Shown here: in pieces, positions 1 to 13,301 of the stretch
Layout of the letters: the number at the start of each line of letters is the position of its first letter
Numbering within the stretch: the first letter of the stretch is position 1
DNA from: Neodothiora populina
Lineage: Eukaryota
Direction: 5' to 3'
DNA length: 64,000 nt
Assembly (NCBI RefSeq): GCF_041146345.1
Contig: NW_027191413.1
Location: forward strand, 310,001-374,000
Program-made: the position numbers and the translations under genes
Notes under the pieces: model-generated
What the model was told of the DNA's origin: nothing
Seen by the model: only the letters and a program-made list of their open reading frames with translations
Databases searched by the model: none

Positions 1-3000
1 CTTGCAGTTTGGCGAGTAGCATTTGAACTCACCATAGCAACCGCGGCAAAGCCAGCGGGAATGCAGAATGGTGCAAGCAGCCAAGCAGCGAGAGCTTCTC
101 TCCAGCCTCTGGTGGATCTGGGCCCCCAACATTATTCGGCACTAAAGGCAACTTGAAACAGGTACAGAATGGCTGTAGAAGGCGAGAGAACGCCGTGCTG
201 TTTCTCTGATCACCAAAGGTCTCACTTCTTCAATGTGCAAGTACGGAGTGTTGTTCTGTGTGTACGAGTATGCGTGTGTCAATTCGTCGTGACTCAAGAA
301 GCCATGACCTTGTTGCTAGAAACTATTCATTGTCACCGCTCTTCTTCTTCGTTAGTCGTTGTGATACGAATGCAGCCGTATTTCTGAAATTACAATCATC
401 ATGGTTGGCTTTGGTGGCCCTGGATGACCAGCCGAGGGTCAACCTTTCGTTGGCCTTTCTTGGTTGTCTCATGTAGCGTGCGACATTTTCTGCCCGTACT
501 AGAAGACTCGGCATGCTCGCCGCCCTGCCACCGCTCTTCCGCCACAGACAGTTCGGCATTCGGCAGGTGGTATGTTTGTCTCGTCTGTCACAGTGGGACG
601 AGTCATCGAAACTGCCTGCCCGTATAATGCCGATTTAGGCTCAAAGTCGCCCTCCGGTCGGGTTGCCGAACGAGCTCTGAGTGCGTGAATTCTGCCCGCA
701 TGCCGTCCGCAATATGCTCCCAAACGGGCCGAGCATGCTTGCGATTACATTTGCTGTGCTCGAGTCTGCCGATTTCAAGTTCTGTCCCATACGAATGCCT
801 GAGTCCGACAGTAACGAATTGCTTCCACTACACCATGGAAAGTGACGACAGAGCTCTAGAGCCGTCAGTTGTATTTGCTATTTTCTCGGTATCGGACGTT
901 GGCTAAAATCGAATATCTATTCATACACTATCATCTTAATAGAGATTCAAGCCTGCACCATTGATGCATAAAGCCAACCGTCTTAGCGGTCGGGTACGTC
1001 GTGGCTAACGGCTGACTTGCATTTCCCATAGCTAAACACCTAAACAACCTAAAGATCAATAGGAATCAAGCGCTCTATGACCGTTCGACAAGGGAAATTC
1101 CATCATGTCGGCATCAAACCGCAATATCCACATCTACAACGAAAACCGCTATAGGCGCTCAAATCTCGACTCTACACGATCTGGATTGACAGGTGGAGCC
1201 AAACTCCGCGAACTCTTGGTGGGGTACTTGAAATGATCATCTGTCCCACGACCCTGTTGCACGCGAGGCCAGAGGCTTAATGGGCCCCTTGAAACCATCA
1301 GAGTTGTTTGTTTAGACTGTCCCTTGTGATCTTGTGTCCTAGGGAGACCGCAAATTGTCCCTTCATCGTGATGGTCCTCTGACCTTGGTCTGCCAAACAA
1401 TCGATGGTCGTGTTTCCCATTCAGCTATTGTGTAAGGTATCCAAAAGAAAAGTATCCGTCCCTTATCCGCAATTGCCGCCATTTGGCCACTGTCGTGTGC
1501 CCAGCACCTGCAGGAGATACAAGAGGACTCTGGTTCACTACTCACAACTCGTAATCCGCAATTGACATGTACGGAGTATCTATAAAGTTCGGGTAGAGAA
1601 AAGACCGCAGAAAAATCGGCCGGCATCCACTTCCGCATCTCAAGGAGTCAGATAAGGTATAGGCAAGCCATAGACAGCTGCAGATGAATATGGAGTGTCT
1701 CGATGGTTTTGTAGCGGAATCCTCCGGAAAGGTTCCTGGCGAATCGCATGTAGCATTGTGTTTCCAGTTTTCAGCTTCTCGACATCATTGCTCATGTTGT
1801 CAGATATACTCCAGAGAAGGATTTGTTTCAATCCTACCTCACTTCGCGTCTTCTAGGCATCTTTGCAAGCGAAATATTCCGTAGCGGCAGCTGCGAGTCC
1901 TTTCGACCAAGGGAGCAAGCAGCCGTCCCAACTCATGCACATTTGGCGCCATCAGATACGTCAAGTTGTGTAATTGTAGTTGTATTTGCTATCATTGGCT
2001 CCACTCGACTGGTAGCATATTCTCAATCGTCTTGCACCTCATCTGAATCCTTGATTACCTGCCATTGAAGCGGAAACTCGACACCACATATTCATATCTG
2101 AATTGTGTGATATACACATTGCCCAGTGCATGGCCATTCATTGCTTGGCCTAGACTGAAAGTTGATGGCAATTGTCACTATTATCACCATAGACAGATCC
2201 AGATATTCTGGCTGCCTGGGACGCACGCGAATGTAGTCGTTAACAACCCAAGCTACACAGAAGTGGAAGCATTGCGGAACGACTGTGGTGCTACATCCTG
2301 AACGCATACTCCATATTCAGACTGGGTTGAACAAGCTTCCGCTATAGCCGCTCCATCTACACTACCGGAAAAAAATACCTACTCAGTCAACAATTGTTCC
2401 CCATGAAAAAGACGTACCGACGACTACGCGGCAATTTTTTTTTTCTACAATTGAGTTGAGTACACGAACCTAATCCGAACCAGCCCTAGATAACGTGTCG
2501 GACCGAACACAGGTTCATAAGATACATACATGGTTGCGCCACGCACATTGGCTGACATCTAGGCGCGCCCACATTCGCTGGTCTTGCTCATTATTTCCAG
2601 TTCGAAAATAACTCACCAAGACATGTTCGTACTTGATATTGGAGAACATATATGCAGCACAAACCCAAAATCGCGAAACCAAGCTCGACCGCACTTCAAA
2701 TCCCGAGTCTCGATCTCAACATTTTTGAGAGAAGGTTTCCATCATTTCACACGAATGACAATTCTACCGATGGTTAAACATGCAGACCAAGTCCATTTTC
2801 ACGCATTGGATTTAGCAAGAGTGTTTCCACAGCATTTACAGCACTTTGTCTCGTGAAGTATTGCTGTCGAGCTGCAGCCACAGGTCTGGAATAGCTTGAT
2901 GTCATGCAAGAAAATGTTGCCATCCACCTCACAATTATCCGTTAGTCGCCGCGCTCCCCCCATTCTTGCCAGCCGCACGGCTCCGTTGTTCCCGTATGCG

Positions 3001-4201
3001 AGAAGTCGACTTTACGATGTCACCACTCGAATCGCATCGCTTTCGCAGCACAGACTCGGCAATATTGACATATCCGCCATTTTCGTCGGTCGCGTACGCT
3101 TCAGATTGGCGAAAATCGGTTTCCTAAACTAGGTGATGTCAAAAGAATCGGAAAATGAGATATAGGCACGATACGATCCATTCCGGAAGACAGACGAGAT
3201 CTACCTGCCGTTTTTGTTTGTTACTCTGCAAGCGATAAGAGTATGCAATCATAATCTTGGTTCCAGCGAACTTTTCTAAAAAGCCCGGTGAACTACCTGA
3301 GCTGTAGTGATTGCTTTTTCCACTCAGTCAGGTCGCCGAAACGCCACTTCCCAGTGACGCTACATCAAAGTGCCAGATTGTCAAGAGCACAGAGTACGCA
3401 ACATCGATATATGGGGAGTACATGCTTCACCACAGTCTTTACCTATGGACTAGAAGGAGGTCAGTACCAGATTTGCGACAGCTGATGCAAGCACCCAGAA
3501 GGCAACGTGTCCATATCATACGTCACGTCCCGTCCATGGTATGATAAGGTAGGCAAACAAAAGGTAAATACTTTATTCTGCAGCTCTCCTTCTGTAATGG
3601 ACTTCCTCATATGTACGAGTCAAACGAGTCAGACAGACTCCATCCAACACATACCAAGGGAAATTGTTTAATTCCATCGTATTCACCGTTGTGCGACAAG
3701 GTGAGTGGCTCGAAGCAACCGAACGACTTTGCGACCAGAAATAGCGACCGGGAATAGACACCCTGCTATCATTTTATCCATGCTTCGATGCTGCAACTTC
3801 CATGTTTTTCCTCGGACCAATTCATCATCTTTGAGTTACAGTATTATACAAAGATTGTTCTACGTTTGGAGGAAATGCAACTGTATGTGCGAAGATGTGG
3901 GGGATCATGCGGGGTTCTCCAACATCTGAGTGTATACCTCACTCCGTCACCTCATAGGTCATCGCCCCTCATTCGGTGATACGGGACTCCTCGCATTGCA
4001 CATCGCCTCATCAGAACCGCGGGTAGCTACAGTATAGTGCGTGAAAATCTTGCTTGACTCTTACGCAAGATGCGACGACTCCACCTGAGCTTCAAGGTTT
4101 ATATATTCCCACCTGCACTAGGGAGTGTTTCTTATTCGCAAAGACTAGCTATATGAGTGGTAAGACGCTCGAATATACAACCACGAATCAAAGTCATAAA
4201 A

Positions 4202-5856
4202 ATGGCTCGTAATTTACCGTTCAAGGTCAGCGTCTATTCATATTACTGAACCTTTCCCTCGACGAAATGCTCGAGAACTAACGCAGCGCAGCTGAATGAC
4301 GAGGAGATATTTCGTGACAAGAGCATCGTCAACGGTGAATGGATAGAAGCGGCGTCAGGCAAGCGTTTCGACATCTTTGGTATCGAGTATCGCAACAGTG
4401 AAGTTTATTGCTTTCCTGACATATCATAGATCCTGGAAATGGCAAGGTATGGGCAACAGCCCCTGACATGGGCCCTGAAGATGTCGATGCCGCAGTTCAT
4501 GCAACACATGAAGCCTTCCAGTCCTACCGGCGAACCAACCCTCGCACCCGAGCCCAATATCTTCTGAAATGGGACGCGTTGATACGGCAGCACCGGGACG
4601 ACATCGCCCAACTCGTCACACACGAAACCGGCAAGCCGCTTGCCGAATCTCAAGGCGAATTGGACTACGCCTTGGGCTTCACGTGGTGGTTCGCTGGGGA
4701 AGCAGAGAGGGTCCAGGGAACGATATCAGTACCGAGCGCCCCCAACCGGCGTATATTCACTGTCAAGCAGCCTATTGGCGTCGCGGTAGCTTTGGTGCCA
4801 TGGAACTTTCCCATTGCCATGATTCTTCGTAAAGCAGGAGCAGCTCTTGCAGCAGGCTGTACCATGATCGTGAAGCCCTCTCCCGAAACCCCCCTCTCAG
4901 TCCTCACGCTTGCTTTGTTGGCCGAACGAGCCGGGTTTCCAAAGGGTGTTTTCAGTGTGCTTACGACATCTCTCGAAAACACACCGAGTCTGAGCGAAGC
5001 ATTGTGTCGACACAAGCTGGTCAAGAAAGTGACATTTACAGGTAGCACGGCAGTAGGCAAGCTAGTCGCACGTATCTGCGCCGACGGTCTCAAGAAAGTA
5101 ACTCTAGAACTCGGCGGTAACTGTCCTTTCCTGGTCTTTGACGATGCAGATCTCGAAGCAGCAGCCACCCACCTCATGGCATTGAAGTGGCGCCACGCAG
5201 GCCAGGCATGCATAACAGCCAACCGCGTCTACGTGCAAGAAGGCGTCTACGAGAAGTTCGCACAGATCCTCAAGGAGCGCACTCAGAAGCTCGTAATCGG
5301 CCATGGCGCAGACAGCAAAACCACGCTGGGGCCAGTCACCACGCCTAGATCACTAGACAAAGCAGCGAAGCAGGTCGCCGACGCCATAGCGAACGGCGGG
5401 CGCATCATCCTAGGCGGCGACAGACCAAACAACCAGAACGGAGTGCAGAACGGAAGCGAAGAAGCAAAAGGCCCCGAGAGCGGAGGATACTTCTTCGAAC
5501 CAACCCTCATAACCTCCGCCACGGACAAGATGCTGATCGCGCGCGAAGAGACCTTCGCCCCGGTTCTTGCGCTGTTCTCCTTCTCCACGGAAGAAGAAGC
5601 TGTCCGACGAGCAAACGACACCTTTATGGGGCTAGCCAGTTACTTCTTCACCAAGAACGTCGACCGCACATGGAGGCTGCTGGAGAATCTCGAGGCGGGC
5701 ATGATAGGCATGAACTGCGGCAATTCGTCTGCGGCAGAGTCTCCGTTCGGTGGAATCAAGGAGAGTGGTTATGGCAAGGAGAGCGGCAAGGACGTCGCTG
5801 TCAATGAGTATCTGATCACCAAGACGGGCACTTTTGTTCTGGACGGACAGTATTGA
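4202..5856 (+). CDS. UGA2: Succinate-semialdehyde dehydrogenase (NAD(P)+), ALDH5 family; exons 4202-4225, 4292-4379, 4430-5856
   Basis: ALDH motifs PWNFP, KPSPETP, FTGSTAVG, LELGGN, catalytic Cys in GQACIT, EETFAP, PFGGIKESG. Two GT-AG introns restore an N-terminus MARNLPFK/LNDEEIFRDKSIVNGEWI...RFDIF/DPGNG. Confidence 0.92.
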
Positions 5857-6730
5857 AGCGAGAGAGGATGAGAAGAAAAGGACAGTTCCGTGACGATATG
5901 ATGTGTTAGTTATGCCTCCAGCCTATGGAAGTTCAGTCGTAATGTCAACCCATTTATCCGTCCTTGCCTTGCCTGATCTAAACATACCATCCCACGTACT
6001 GATATTCACTCAGATATCTTCTCATATCTCAGTGTGCTATTATACTATACCCATATGTTCATACAAAACAAGCCACATAAGCACAACATATCGACGATAC
6101 CCAGATCCTCAAGGGCGACCCTGTCCTCTTTCTCCCAACTCCATCCGTAACCCGCCCTCCTTAGCCTAAGTGGCACTCACATCTCCTCTGTTCTCAAACC
6201 TTTATATGAATCCCGTATAGCTGTTCTTTCCCATCATAGTATGATGTGTCAGATAAACGTAAGTGACTTTGTGAAACTCATGTACATTTCGTACAACTGA
6301 AGACGGCGATACCACGGCCATGATCGTGGATCCATAGCTATGTGACAAAAGTGAGAATGAACAAGGCATACTTGCAAGCAGAGCGTATCACTGGAAGTGG
6401 CGAAAGAGTACGCATAGAGTACGCTTATGCATATCACCACCCTGCCGCGTTATAGAACAGACTACTATACCACGAGCGTGGATGGCTAGCGGATTGCATA
6501 GATGAGGAAGAGAGACGAAAAGGACAGGGTGTCCCTGTGGTCTGACTGGTGCGGAGTCAAGGCTACTAGATCACAATAGACGGTTTAGTTTGATGTGTAG
6601 AGCTGGGTTGTAAGCTGGAAGGTTTGTGTGTATTTGATGGGGGTCTATATACTGTACAGGATATATATCAATACTAGTCTATGGCTTTCAGTGGCTTCTA
6701 TGGGCCAGGGTCACACAGTAGAGCTGTACC

Positions 6731-9700
6731 TCACGCGAGTGACTTCCTCGTTCGAGCAGTGGTTCGTCTGGGGACGACGATTTCTTCTTCTTCTTCTTCT
6801 TCCTCCTCCTCTTCATCATCGTCGTCCTCAACGTCATCGTCATCAACTTGAACTCCCGCCTTGGAATCACCCATCTCCACGTCTTCGTCTTTGCAAACAG
6901 CGACCTTTCTGCCGGCGGCAGTACCTCCGTCTTTGAAGAAGCGAGACTTAAGTGATCCTATACGGCTCATTCTGGGAGTTATGACCACACGCGGAGAGCT
7001 TCGGCGCTGTTTGTTGCCTCTTCTGGTGCTGAGGGAGGGTTTTAGATATTTATCATTGTTACCGTCAGCGTCAGAATTGACATCGCTGGCGAGATCTGTC
7101 AAGTCGGATGCTGAGGGGCCTGAAGTTTCCGAGGGCGTGACGGAGGCTTTTGAAGCTTTGCCCCTGGTCCTGGCTTTCGGTTGCGATTTGGCGGGCACTT
7201 TTCGTGTTACTGGCCTTTTTCTGGGGTGGCTCGTAGCAGCGGCAGGTTGACCTTGAATGCGTCGAGATTTCGAGGGACGTGCTTCCACTATGTCGCTGTT
7301 CTGTTGCATCTCTTCTTCGTGGTCGTCGTCATCACTACCCTCGCTGTCGGTCTTGTTGGACTGGTTTAGGTGACGATGGGCAGATTGTAGGGATATGGGA
7401 CCACTAGCTTTCTTGGGAGCAGCTTCGGGCTCTGAATGCTGCTGTGTCTCTTCTTCCTCACCGTCGAGAAAGAAGCCGCCACCGCCAGCATAAGGGTCTT
7501 CTTCTGGCTCGTCTTCTTCCATCATCCGAGCCTCGACGGTTGGCTTGGGACCTGCGAGTATTGCTTCCTCTTCACCTGGCAAGAAGAAGCCGCCGCCGGC
7601 ATCACTACCGCCATCGGGGTAATCATCATTGTCGTCGTGAAGAGACGGCTCATCCTTGGGCATATCTGCATCTTCAAGTAGGTCGATGCCAGACTGGATC
7701 TTCTTCTGATGCTTTTCACGATTGACAAACGGATTGACCTCTTCCTCATTGGTCCCACCATGACTTTTGTACTCAGCTTTCATACGCTCAACGATCCTCA
7801 AGCCCATGACAAATTTCCTCCACATGTGCAGCACGAGTGCTTCGCGCTTGACATCTTCTTTTCTCTTCTGGATCTCCTGCTCAGCGCGCCAGGCGTCGAC
7901 GATGAGGGATCTGTTCTCTTCTGCGACAACGACACCAAACAGAATTGGCACAGCTCTTTGTTTGCCAAACTCAAAGCCCACACATGCTTCTGCGTAGTCG
8001 ATGTCGAGCTTTCGACACAGCTTTGCACAACCCTTGAGTTTGACATGCACTGCACCCCTAGGCACCATGGACGGGACGTAACAATCCATGTTACCAAATG
8101 CGTTTTTCGGTATACTCCTATCCGGTCCGATGGGAGGAGGTATGATCCAATCAGTCTGGTCGATCCCGTACAAACCTTGCTTGAGCTTCTCACCAGTCTC
8201 CCTCTGCGCTTCTTCCATTTCGCGTTTCCGGATCAAAGTGACTGCGCGGACGGGGACCATTTTGAGAGGCTGCTCGCCTACCTTGATGGCTCGACCTTCC
8301 TTGTGCCAGGACTCGACGGTTTTGCAAGACACGACATCCGCGCGCGAGTAGACCGGTTCAGTCTTAGCCTTGTCGCCCTTACCAGAAGTGAATTCACGTA
8401 CAGGCTTCGAATTCGGCAGAAGGGCTTCCTCGCGACGAAGATGACGTTCGAGTACGTAGTCGGCGGATTGTTTGTACCATTGTAAGCTCTCCTCTCCCAG
8501 CTTTTGTTTTCCTTCTCCGGCAGCAGCGGGTTTGAAAGGCTTGAGGTCTGTAGTGTCTTCCTTGAGCTCTGCTTCTGTGATCTTGCGTGGGTGCCGTAAG
8601 AACGGCAACAGCACAGTAGTGAACCAGTCCTGCTCCTCGTAACGGAGGACTTTGCCTCGCTTGTTGTAGATTGGTAGTCGATCTGGTTGCATCCGGAAGC
8701 CTTTGGTGCGACCAGGCAGCTGATGTTTCTTCAGATAGCGTACGGTGACGTCTTTTGCCGTTGAGTCGGCATTGTAGGCCAAAGTATAGCAAATGACCTG
8801 CTTAGAGAGATCAGACACCTTGCCACGCGGCTCAAAGGTGAAAAGTAGGTCCGGGGTGGAGGCGACCGTGGACAAGACAATACTGTCAACGGGAATGTAG
8901 GTCTTCGATACAGGGGAGAGTACTTCAGACCAATAGTGTGGAAAAGGCAGGTCGCGATCGAACTTTTTGGTTGGTCGTTTCTTCGACGCAGGAACAGCGG
9001 TAGGGGTAATGTCGATAATGGAGTCATCGTCTTCGGAAGGCGCACTGCTGAGCTCGCTCGAGTCGGACTGGTCGACGATAGATTTGCTAGATTTGGTTGA
9101 AGCTCGAGTAGGCTTCTGTGGAGGTAGAGAGTTGATTCCTGGGCGCGGCGCTCTGGATGTGGAATTGTGTTTGGGGGCAGCAATTTCTCGGACACTATCA
9201 CTGTCGCTGTCGCTGTCCGCGATGGATATGGCCGTCTTGCTGTCTGACGTCGACTTGGCTGTCGCAGTCGCAGTCGTGGCAGGTTTGGGCTTCTTAGGCG
9301 CAGCGTCCTCCGCCTTGCTCCATCCAAAGCCGACCGGTTGCAGACTCGCAACCATGCGTGTCTCGATACCGAGACCACGTATCAGTGCAGTAAAGAGCTG
9401 CGCGCCGACGTCTCTCGAGCCCTCACACCTCTTAGCTAATTTACGGAAATGCTTGATCGAGTCTATTCTCTCGCCGTGCTCTTCTTCATCGTCCTTGTTT
9501 ACGGTCCAATGGTTGATGCTATCGGCCAATCGACGCAAAGGCATGTATCCGATCTTCCTGATACCCGGTGCCGTGACAGTGAATCGCTTCTTCCAATATG
9601 CCACCAAGATTTTGAGGAGTCGCATCAATGGATCGCCTCTACTCATATTGACGACACCGTGTTCGAGTCTGTCAGCGTCAATGCCCCAGTCGCGACCGTC

Positions 9701-10483
9701 TCTCTTCTCTTTCAGCTCGTTCTTGCCCTTGGTGCCTCTCCTCTTGCCCTTCTTACCCTTTCTGGTCTCTGCCGGCTTCTTGTAGCCCATGTCGATTTGC
9801 CACCTGTCGACCTCTTTCTTGATCCCGTCTGGTAAGCTGTTGACTAGCGACTCCTGCAGCTCCTTGTCGTTGAGCCAGGAATTTCGCACGGCATTGTGGA
9901 AAATGAGAGACTGGACATGAATCATATGTGTGCGTATCCTGATCTGCCTGTCTCTCTTGCTTGGTCCCTTTTTGACGTTTTTGTTGCCTGCGGTGCCAGC
10001 TTCGGCGGCTACTGTGCCGTCGTCGTTCAGAGATACATTGATGTCTTCTATCGAGTCGTCGTCATTGTCGTTCATCGACGCCTGAGGGCCTTGATGCGAC
10101 ATGTCGACATCCTCAAAGTCCATCTCTTCCGATTCATCTCCAACCCCATCTTGTTGATCATCGTCGTCGTCAGCGTTGTCGTCTACTCTTCGACGCTTGA
10201 ATGGAGGACCGGTGGGTACATCCTCGAACTCGTCACTAGCGACATCGCTCAAGCCAGAGTAGTCCTCGTCGTCTTCATCATCATCGCCGCCGAGAGTGGC
10301 TAGGAGGGCTCTGGTTTCTTCCGCAGTCGCTCCAGGCTTAGGAGCGTCGAGTGTGTCAAAGAGCGAAGGTTTCGCTGAACCTGTCTTCGTCTTGGTAGCG
10401 GGTGCCGGCCGCTTCTTCGTGCTGGACGGTGGATTTCTTACTGGCGCAGGCGAGTGTCGTTTGCGCGGTACGTAAGGTGGCAT
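6731..10483 (-). CDS. RAD4: Rad4/XPC-family nucleotide excision repair damage sensor (transglutaminase-like + BHD1-3 domains), 1250 aa, intronless
   Basis: GSRDVGAQLFTALIRGLG, PHYWSEV, KDVTVRY, YVLERHLRREE, IPKNAFGNMDCYVPSMVPRGAVH, YAEACVGFEF are characteristic Rad4/XPC segments. Which paralogue (Rad4 vs Rad34/Rhp42-like) is not resolved. Confidence 0.9.
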   Translation of the reverse strand: MPPYVPRKRHSPAPVRNPPSSTKKRPAPATKTKTGSAKPSLFDTLDAPKPGATAEETRALLATLGGDDDEDDEDYSGLSDVASDEFEDVPTGPPFKRRRVDDNADDDDDQQDGVGDESEEMDFEDVDMSHQGPQASMNDNDDDSIEDINVSLNDDGTVAAEAGTAGNKNVKKGPSKRDRQIRIRTHMIHVQSLIFHNAVRNSWLNDKELQESLVNSLPDGIKKEVDRWQIDMGYKKPAETRKGKKGKRRGTKGKNELKEKRDGRDWGIDADRLEHGVVNMSRGDPLMRLLKILVAYWKKRFTVTAPGIRKIGYMPLRRLADSINHWTVNKDDEEEHGERIDSIKHFRKLAKRCEGSRDVGAQLFTALIRGLGIETRMVASLQPVGFGWSKAEDAAPKKPKPATTATATAKSTSDSKTAISIADSDSDSDSVREIAAPKHNSTSRAPRPGINSLPPQKPTRASTKSSKSIVDQSDSSELSSAPSEDDDSIIDITPTAVPASKKRPTKKFDRDLPFPHYWSEVLSPVSKTYIPVDSIVLSTVASTPDLLFTFEPRGKVSDLSKQVICYTLAYNADSTAKDVTVRYLKKHQLPGRTKGFRMQPDRLPIYNKRGKVLRYEEQDWFTTVLLPFLRHPRKITEAELKEDTTDLKPFKPAAAGEGKQKLGEESLQWYKQSADYVLERHLRREEALLPNSKPVREFTSGKGDKAKTEPVYSRADVVSCKTVESWHKEGRAIKVGEQPLKMVPVRAVTLIRKREMEEAQRETGEKLKQGLYGIDQTDWIIPPPIGPDRSIPKNAFGNMDCYVPSMVPRGAVHVKLKGCAKLCRKLDIDYAEACVGFEFGKQRAVPILFGVVVAEENRSLIVDAWRAEQEIQKRKEDVKREALVLHMWRKFVMGLRIVERMKAEYKSHGGTNEEEVNPFVNREKHQKKIQSGIDLLEDADMPKDEPSLHDDNDDYPDGGSDAGGGFFLPGEEEAILAGPKPTVEARMMEEDEPEEDPYAGGGGFFLDGEEEETQQHSEPEAAPKKASGPISLQSAHRHLNQSNKTDSEGSDDDDHEEEMQQNSDIVEARPSKSRRIQGQPAAATSHPRKRPVTRKVPAKSQPKARTRGKASKASVTPSETSGPSASDLTDLASDVNSDADGNNDKYLKPSLSTRRGNKQRRSSPRVVITPRMSRIGSLKSRFFKDGGTAAGRKVAVCKDEDVEMGDSKAGVQVDDDDVEDDDDEEEEEEEEEEEIVVPRRTTARTRKSLA

Positions 10484-11842
10484 TGTGGATGCCTCAGGAT
10501 CTCAGTCTCTCAAGATCGCAGAAAGGGCACAGCATGTCCAAGAACAAAAAGGCAGCTATCCGGGTGATATGAACTCAGTGGATAAGTCATTTGAGCGAGT
10601 ATAAACAATGATGATAGCTCTGAAGAAGTCATAGATTTAATCATAGATGATGGTATGGGCTGGAAGGTATCGTAATTGTAGATTGGTGCCTGGGGCAGCG
10701 ACGTCATCATCGCATCCGCTATTTCTCCACGATCTGATCTTCCCGTTACAGTAAATCACGTCGATTGGAGATCCAAACACGAAAAGATCGGGTCAATCCT
10801 GAAAGACGCGATGCGACGACACTTTTGTAATCGTGCTTTTTATGAATGCATACGTTGTAATAAGAAGTTTGCCTTCGATGCTCCTTCGATTTATTGTAAG
10901 CTCTGTAGCAAATCTTCTGCATTAAAGCATAGCCGGCAAGAATAAGCTCTTCTCACCTGTACATTATGAACAACCAAACAAAAGGTTGAAATGTGCTCCT
11001 TTGGCTCCGAGTATGAGATGTCTGTCTATCGCTTCTTACTCGAACGAATACGTTCGTCTCGCTATAGTAGGTAGGTATCGATTAGGCATGGTTATTTCAG
11101 GCCTGGTATCCTTTTTGAGGCTATCTTGCATTTCTTACACACTTTCTCACTTGATCGATTTGATGATATATTCGTCCTACGTTCTTACATCTTACAGCTA
11201 TTATATGAACCGAGTATGTTTACCTCTCCTGAAGACTGATCCTACGATGGACTTATGTGGTCTGACTACAACCATGCCGGACCATAGCAGTGGTCGAGGT
11301 GACACGCGAGAGAGAGCATACTTACTTTCAAGCTTGGCGTATAGTGTCAATATGAAAGAGATGGGCTCGACGACGACCAGTAGCTCTGATCGTTGGGCTT
11401 CCTGCAGACAAGTAGGGAGCAACACGATCCACACTCTCTTCCTACTCACCTGTCACTCATAACGCTCAACCAGGTCTCCACTACTACAACAGCACGTGCA
11501 AGCAAGGGCAAAACCAGAAGCACCTGATGATACAACCGCGCGTGTGGAGTCCTCAAACGCTCCCCACCTGCTACCGACAAGACTGAAACACAACAAGCAA
11601 AGCATGTAGCGGTGCGGTGTATATTTCCCAGCCGGGCCCCAACAGATCCTACAGATTCTCATAGATATTCACATGATATACGGGCAGATGAGAGCAGATA
11701 TTCACATGATTCGCAGAGAGAGAAAGAAAATTCAGATCGAGGAGGATAAGGTAGATGGGAGAAAGGTGAGACTTGACGTGAGTCTGCCGGGTGTCGGTAG
11801 TGCTGGCGTAGTAGTGCAATGCAGGTGTTGCATGATGAGATG

Positions 11843-11871
11843 GGGACATGCGTGGGACATGCGTGGGACAT
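11843..11871. repeat. Short tandem repeat (GGGACATGCGT) x ~2.6
   Basis: Read directly in the RAD4-OLE1 intergenic region. Confidence 0.85.
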
Positions 11872-13059
11872 AGTTCATCGTCAAGATGAAGTGAGGTTGA
11901 TAGTTTTTGGTTGAGGTGGGTTTGGAGGTGACGTATAGGTGCATGCTCTACCTACTAGGTGGCAGGGTAAGGTAGATAGGTACCTTTTGGATGATCAAGG
12001 TACGAGCCGATAAGGGAAAGTAGCTTAGCATGGGAGGTGGAGATACGTATGGTATCTGACCGTAGACAAAGACGTATGAGGTACGATAATTGCTTTGCTA
12101 CTTCCTACCGACAGTAGTGGATGAGCGTATCGAGCTAAGTCGCAGAATGCTCCGTGATCGTATGATTGGGCAACTGGAACCTCTCTCTATCCTGCTGGCT
12201 ACGCCTATAATCGGATCTAACGCGAGTCTGGTCGACTCGGAGAAAAGCTTCTGATTTATTGTACACTGTTCAAGGGTCCTCGAGGCGGAGTTCAGGGTAA
12301 ATCCGGTACATCGTCCTTTGCATTGCCATTACCATGATATCGATTTCGGCCAGGATTCGCACGTTTGTGATGCAGGTTTCAAATGCAGAGTTGATTGGAT
12401 ACATGCTGTTATCAAAAGGCGAAAGAAACGTCCAAGACAATGAAGACATGCATCCAAGACATCATCATGTACTGACTCCACAGACAGCCTCGTGCGGGGG
12501 CCGACTGTTGGGTTATTTTGCAGGCTCGCTACGCTATTGACATATTGTTGGGAGAACTTGCAGGGTGAGGGTCAGCACCACTCCAGGTAGCTTTCCGTAT
12601 GTGCAACAGGTGTACTTTTCGTGGACGACTCGGCGATACTACTACAGCGGTCAAGGCAGCGCCTTTGCAAGTCTTCTTACTGGCTGACGCAACAATTACC
12701 ACTTCTGACTTTCGTGGGGGAAGCACCATTGATACCCTGACAGAAGTTGTGAACGTACGACCTTCGGATGTCACGAGGATCTTGGGTCTACAAAACACCG
12801 TCGAGCATTGCCTCCCAGTCATAAATATCCTATGGAAAAATCATTGTTCATCACGTGTCGCACGTAGAGGACACTCGGAGTGTTGGACCTCTGTGAGGTG
12901 AGGGCTGGTGATTGTTCTGACGCTAGCCTCCACATCTGCGAGCACCTGTTTGTCCCTGTGGATTTTATCCGCCAAGCGATCTTCGGAGTCAGTCGTTTAA
13001 TTGCTTAAATGGAATCGTGTGGCCGAGCTTGTGTGTTGAGCACAACTTGAAGCAGATGA

Positions 13060-13301
13060 CCTCGGGCGCTTGCTGTTGCCATGATCTTGTGGTTTCTCGT
13101 TGCCCGATACGAAGGCGCATTGAAAGTCGGGGTGCGGCGGGGTTCATAAAAGCTTAGGATCGACCAGTCAAGTGCAATGCCAATGGTTCGGTGTTCTGCC
13201 TGGAGATTTGTGTGTGGCAGATAATTGCCTCCGTGTCCACTTGGGACCCTTTGGTCCCTTGCTCCGCTTATATGGCGGCGGTTACCACACGATTACCTCG
13301 G
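13060..13301 (+). promoter_or_regulatory. Two CCTCGG motifs (13060-13065, 13296-13301), candidate FarA/Ctf1 fatty-acid response sites upstream of OLE1
   Basis: Exact match to the CCTCGG/CCGAGG core known for FarA/FarB; a 6-mer, so chance occurrence is possible. Confidence 0.35.

Noticed and set aside
7709..9785. 258-aa and 272-aa antisense ORFs inside RAD4 (and similar ones in MTHFR, PRD1, FAA1)
   Set aside because: Fully nested opposite well-supported genes; composition mirrors the sense codons.
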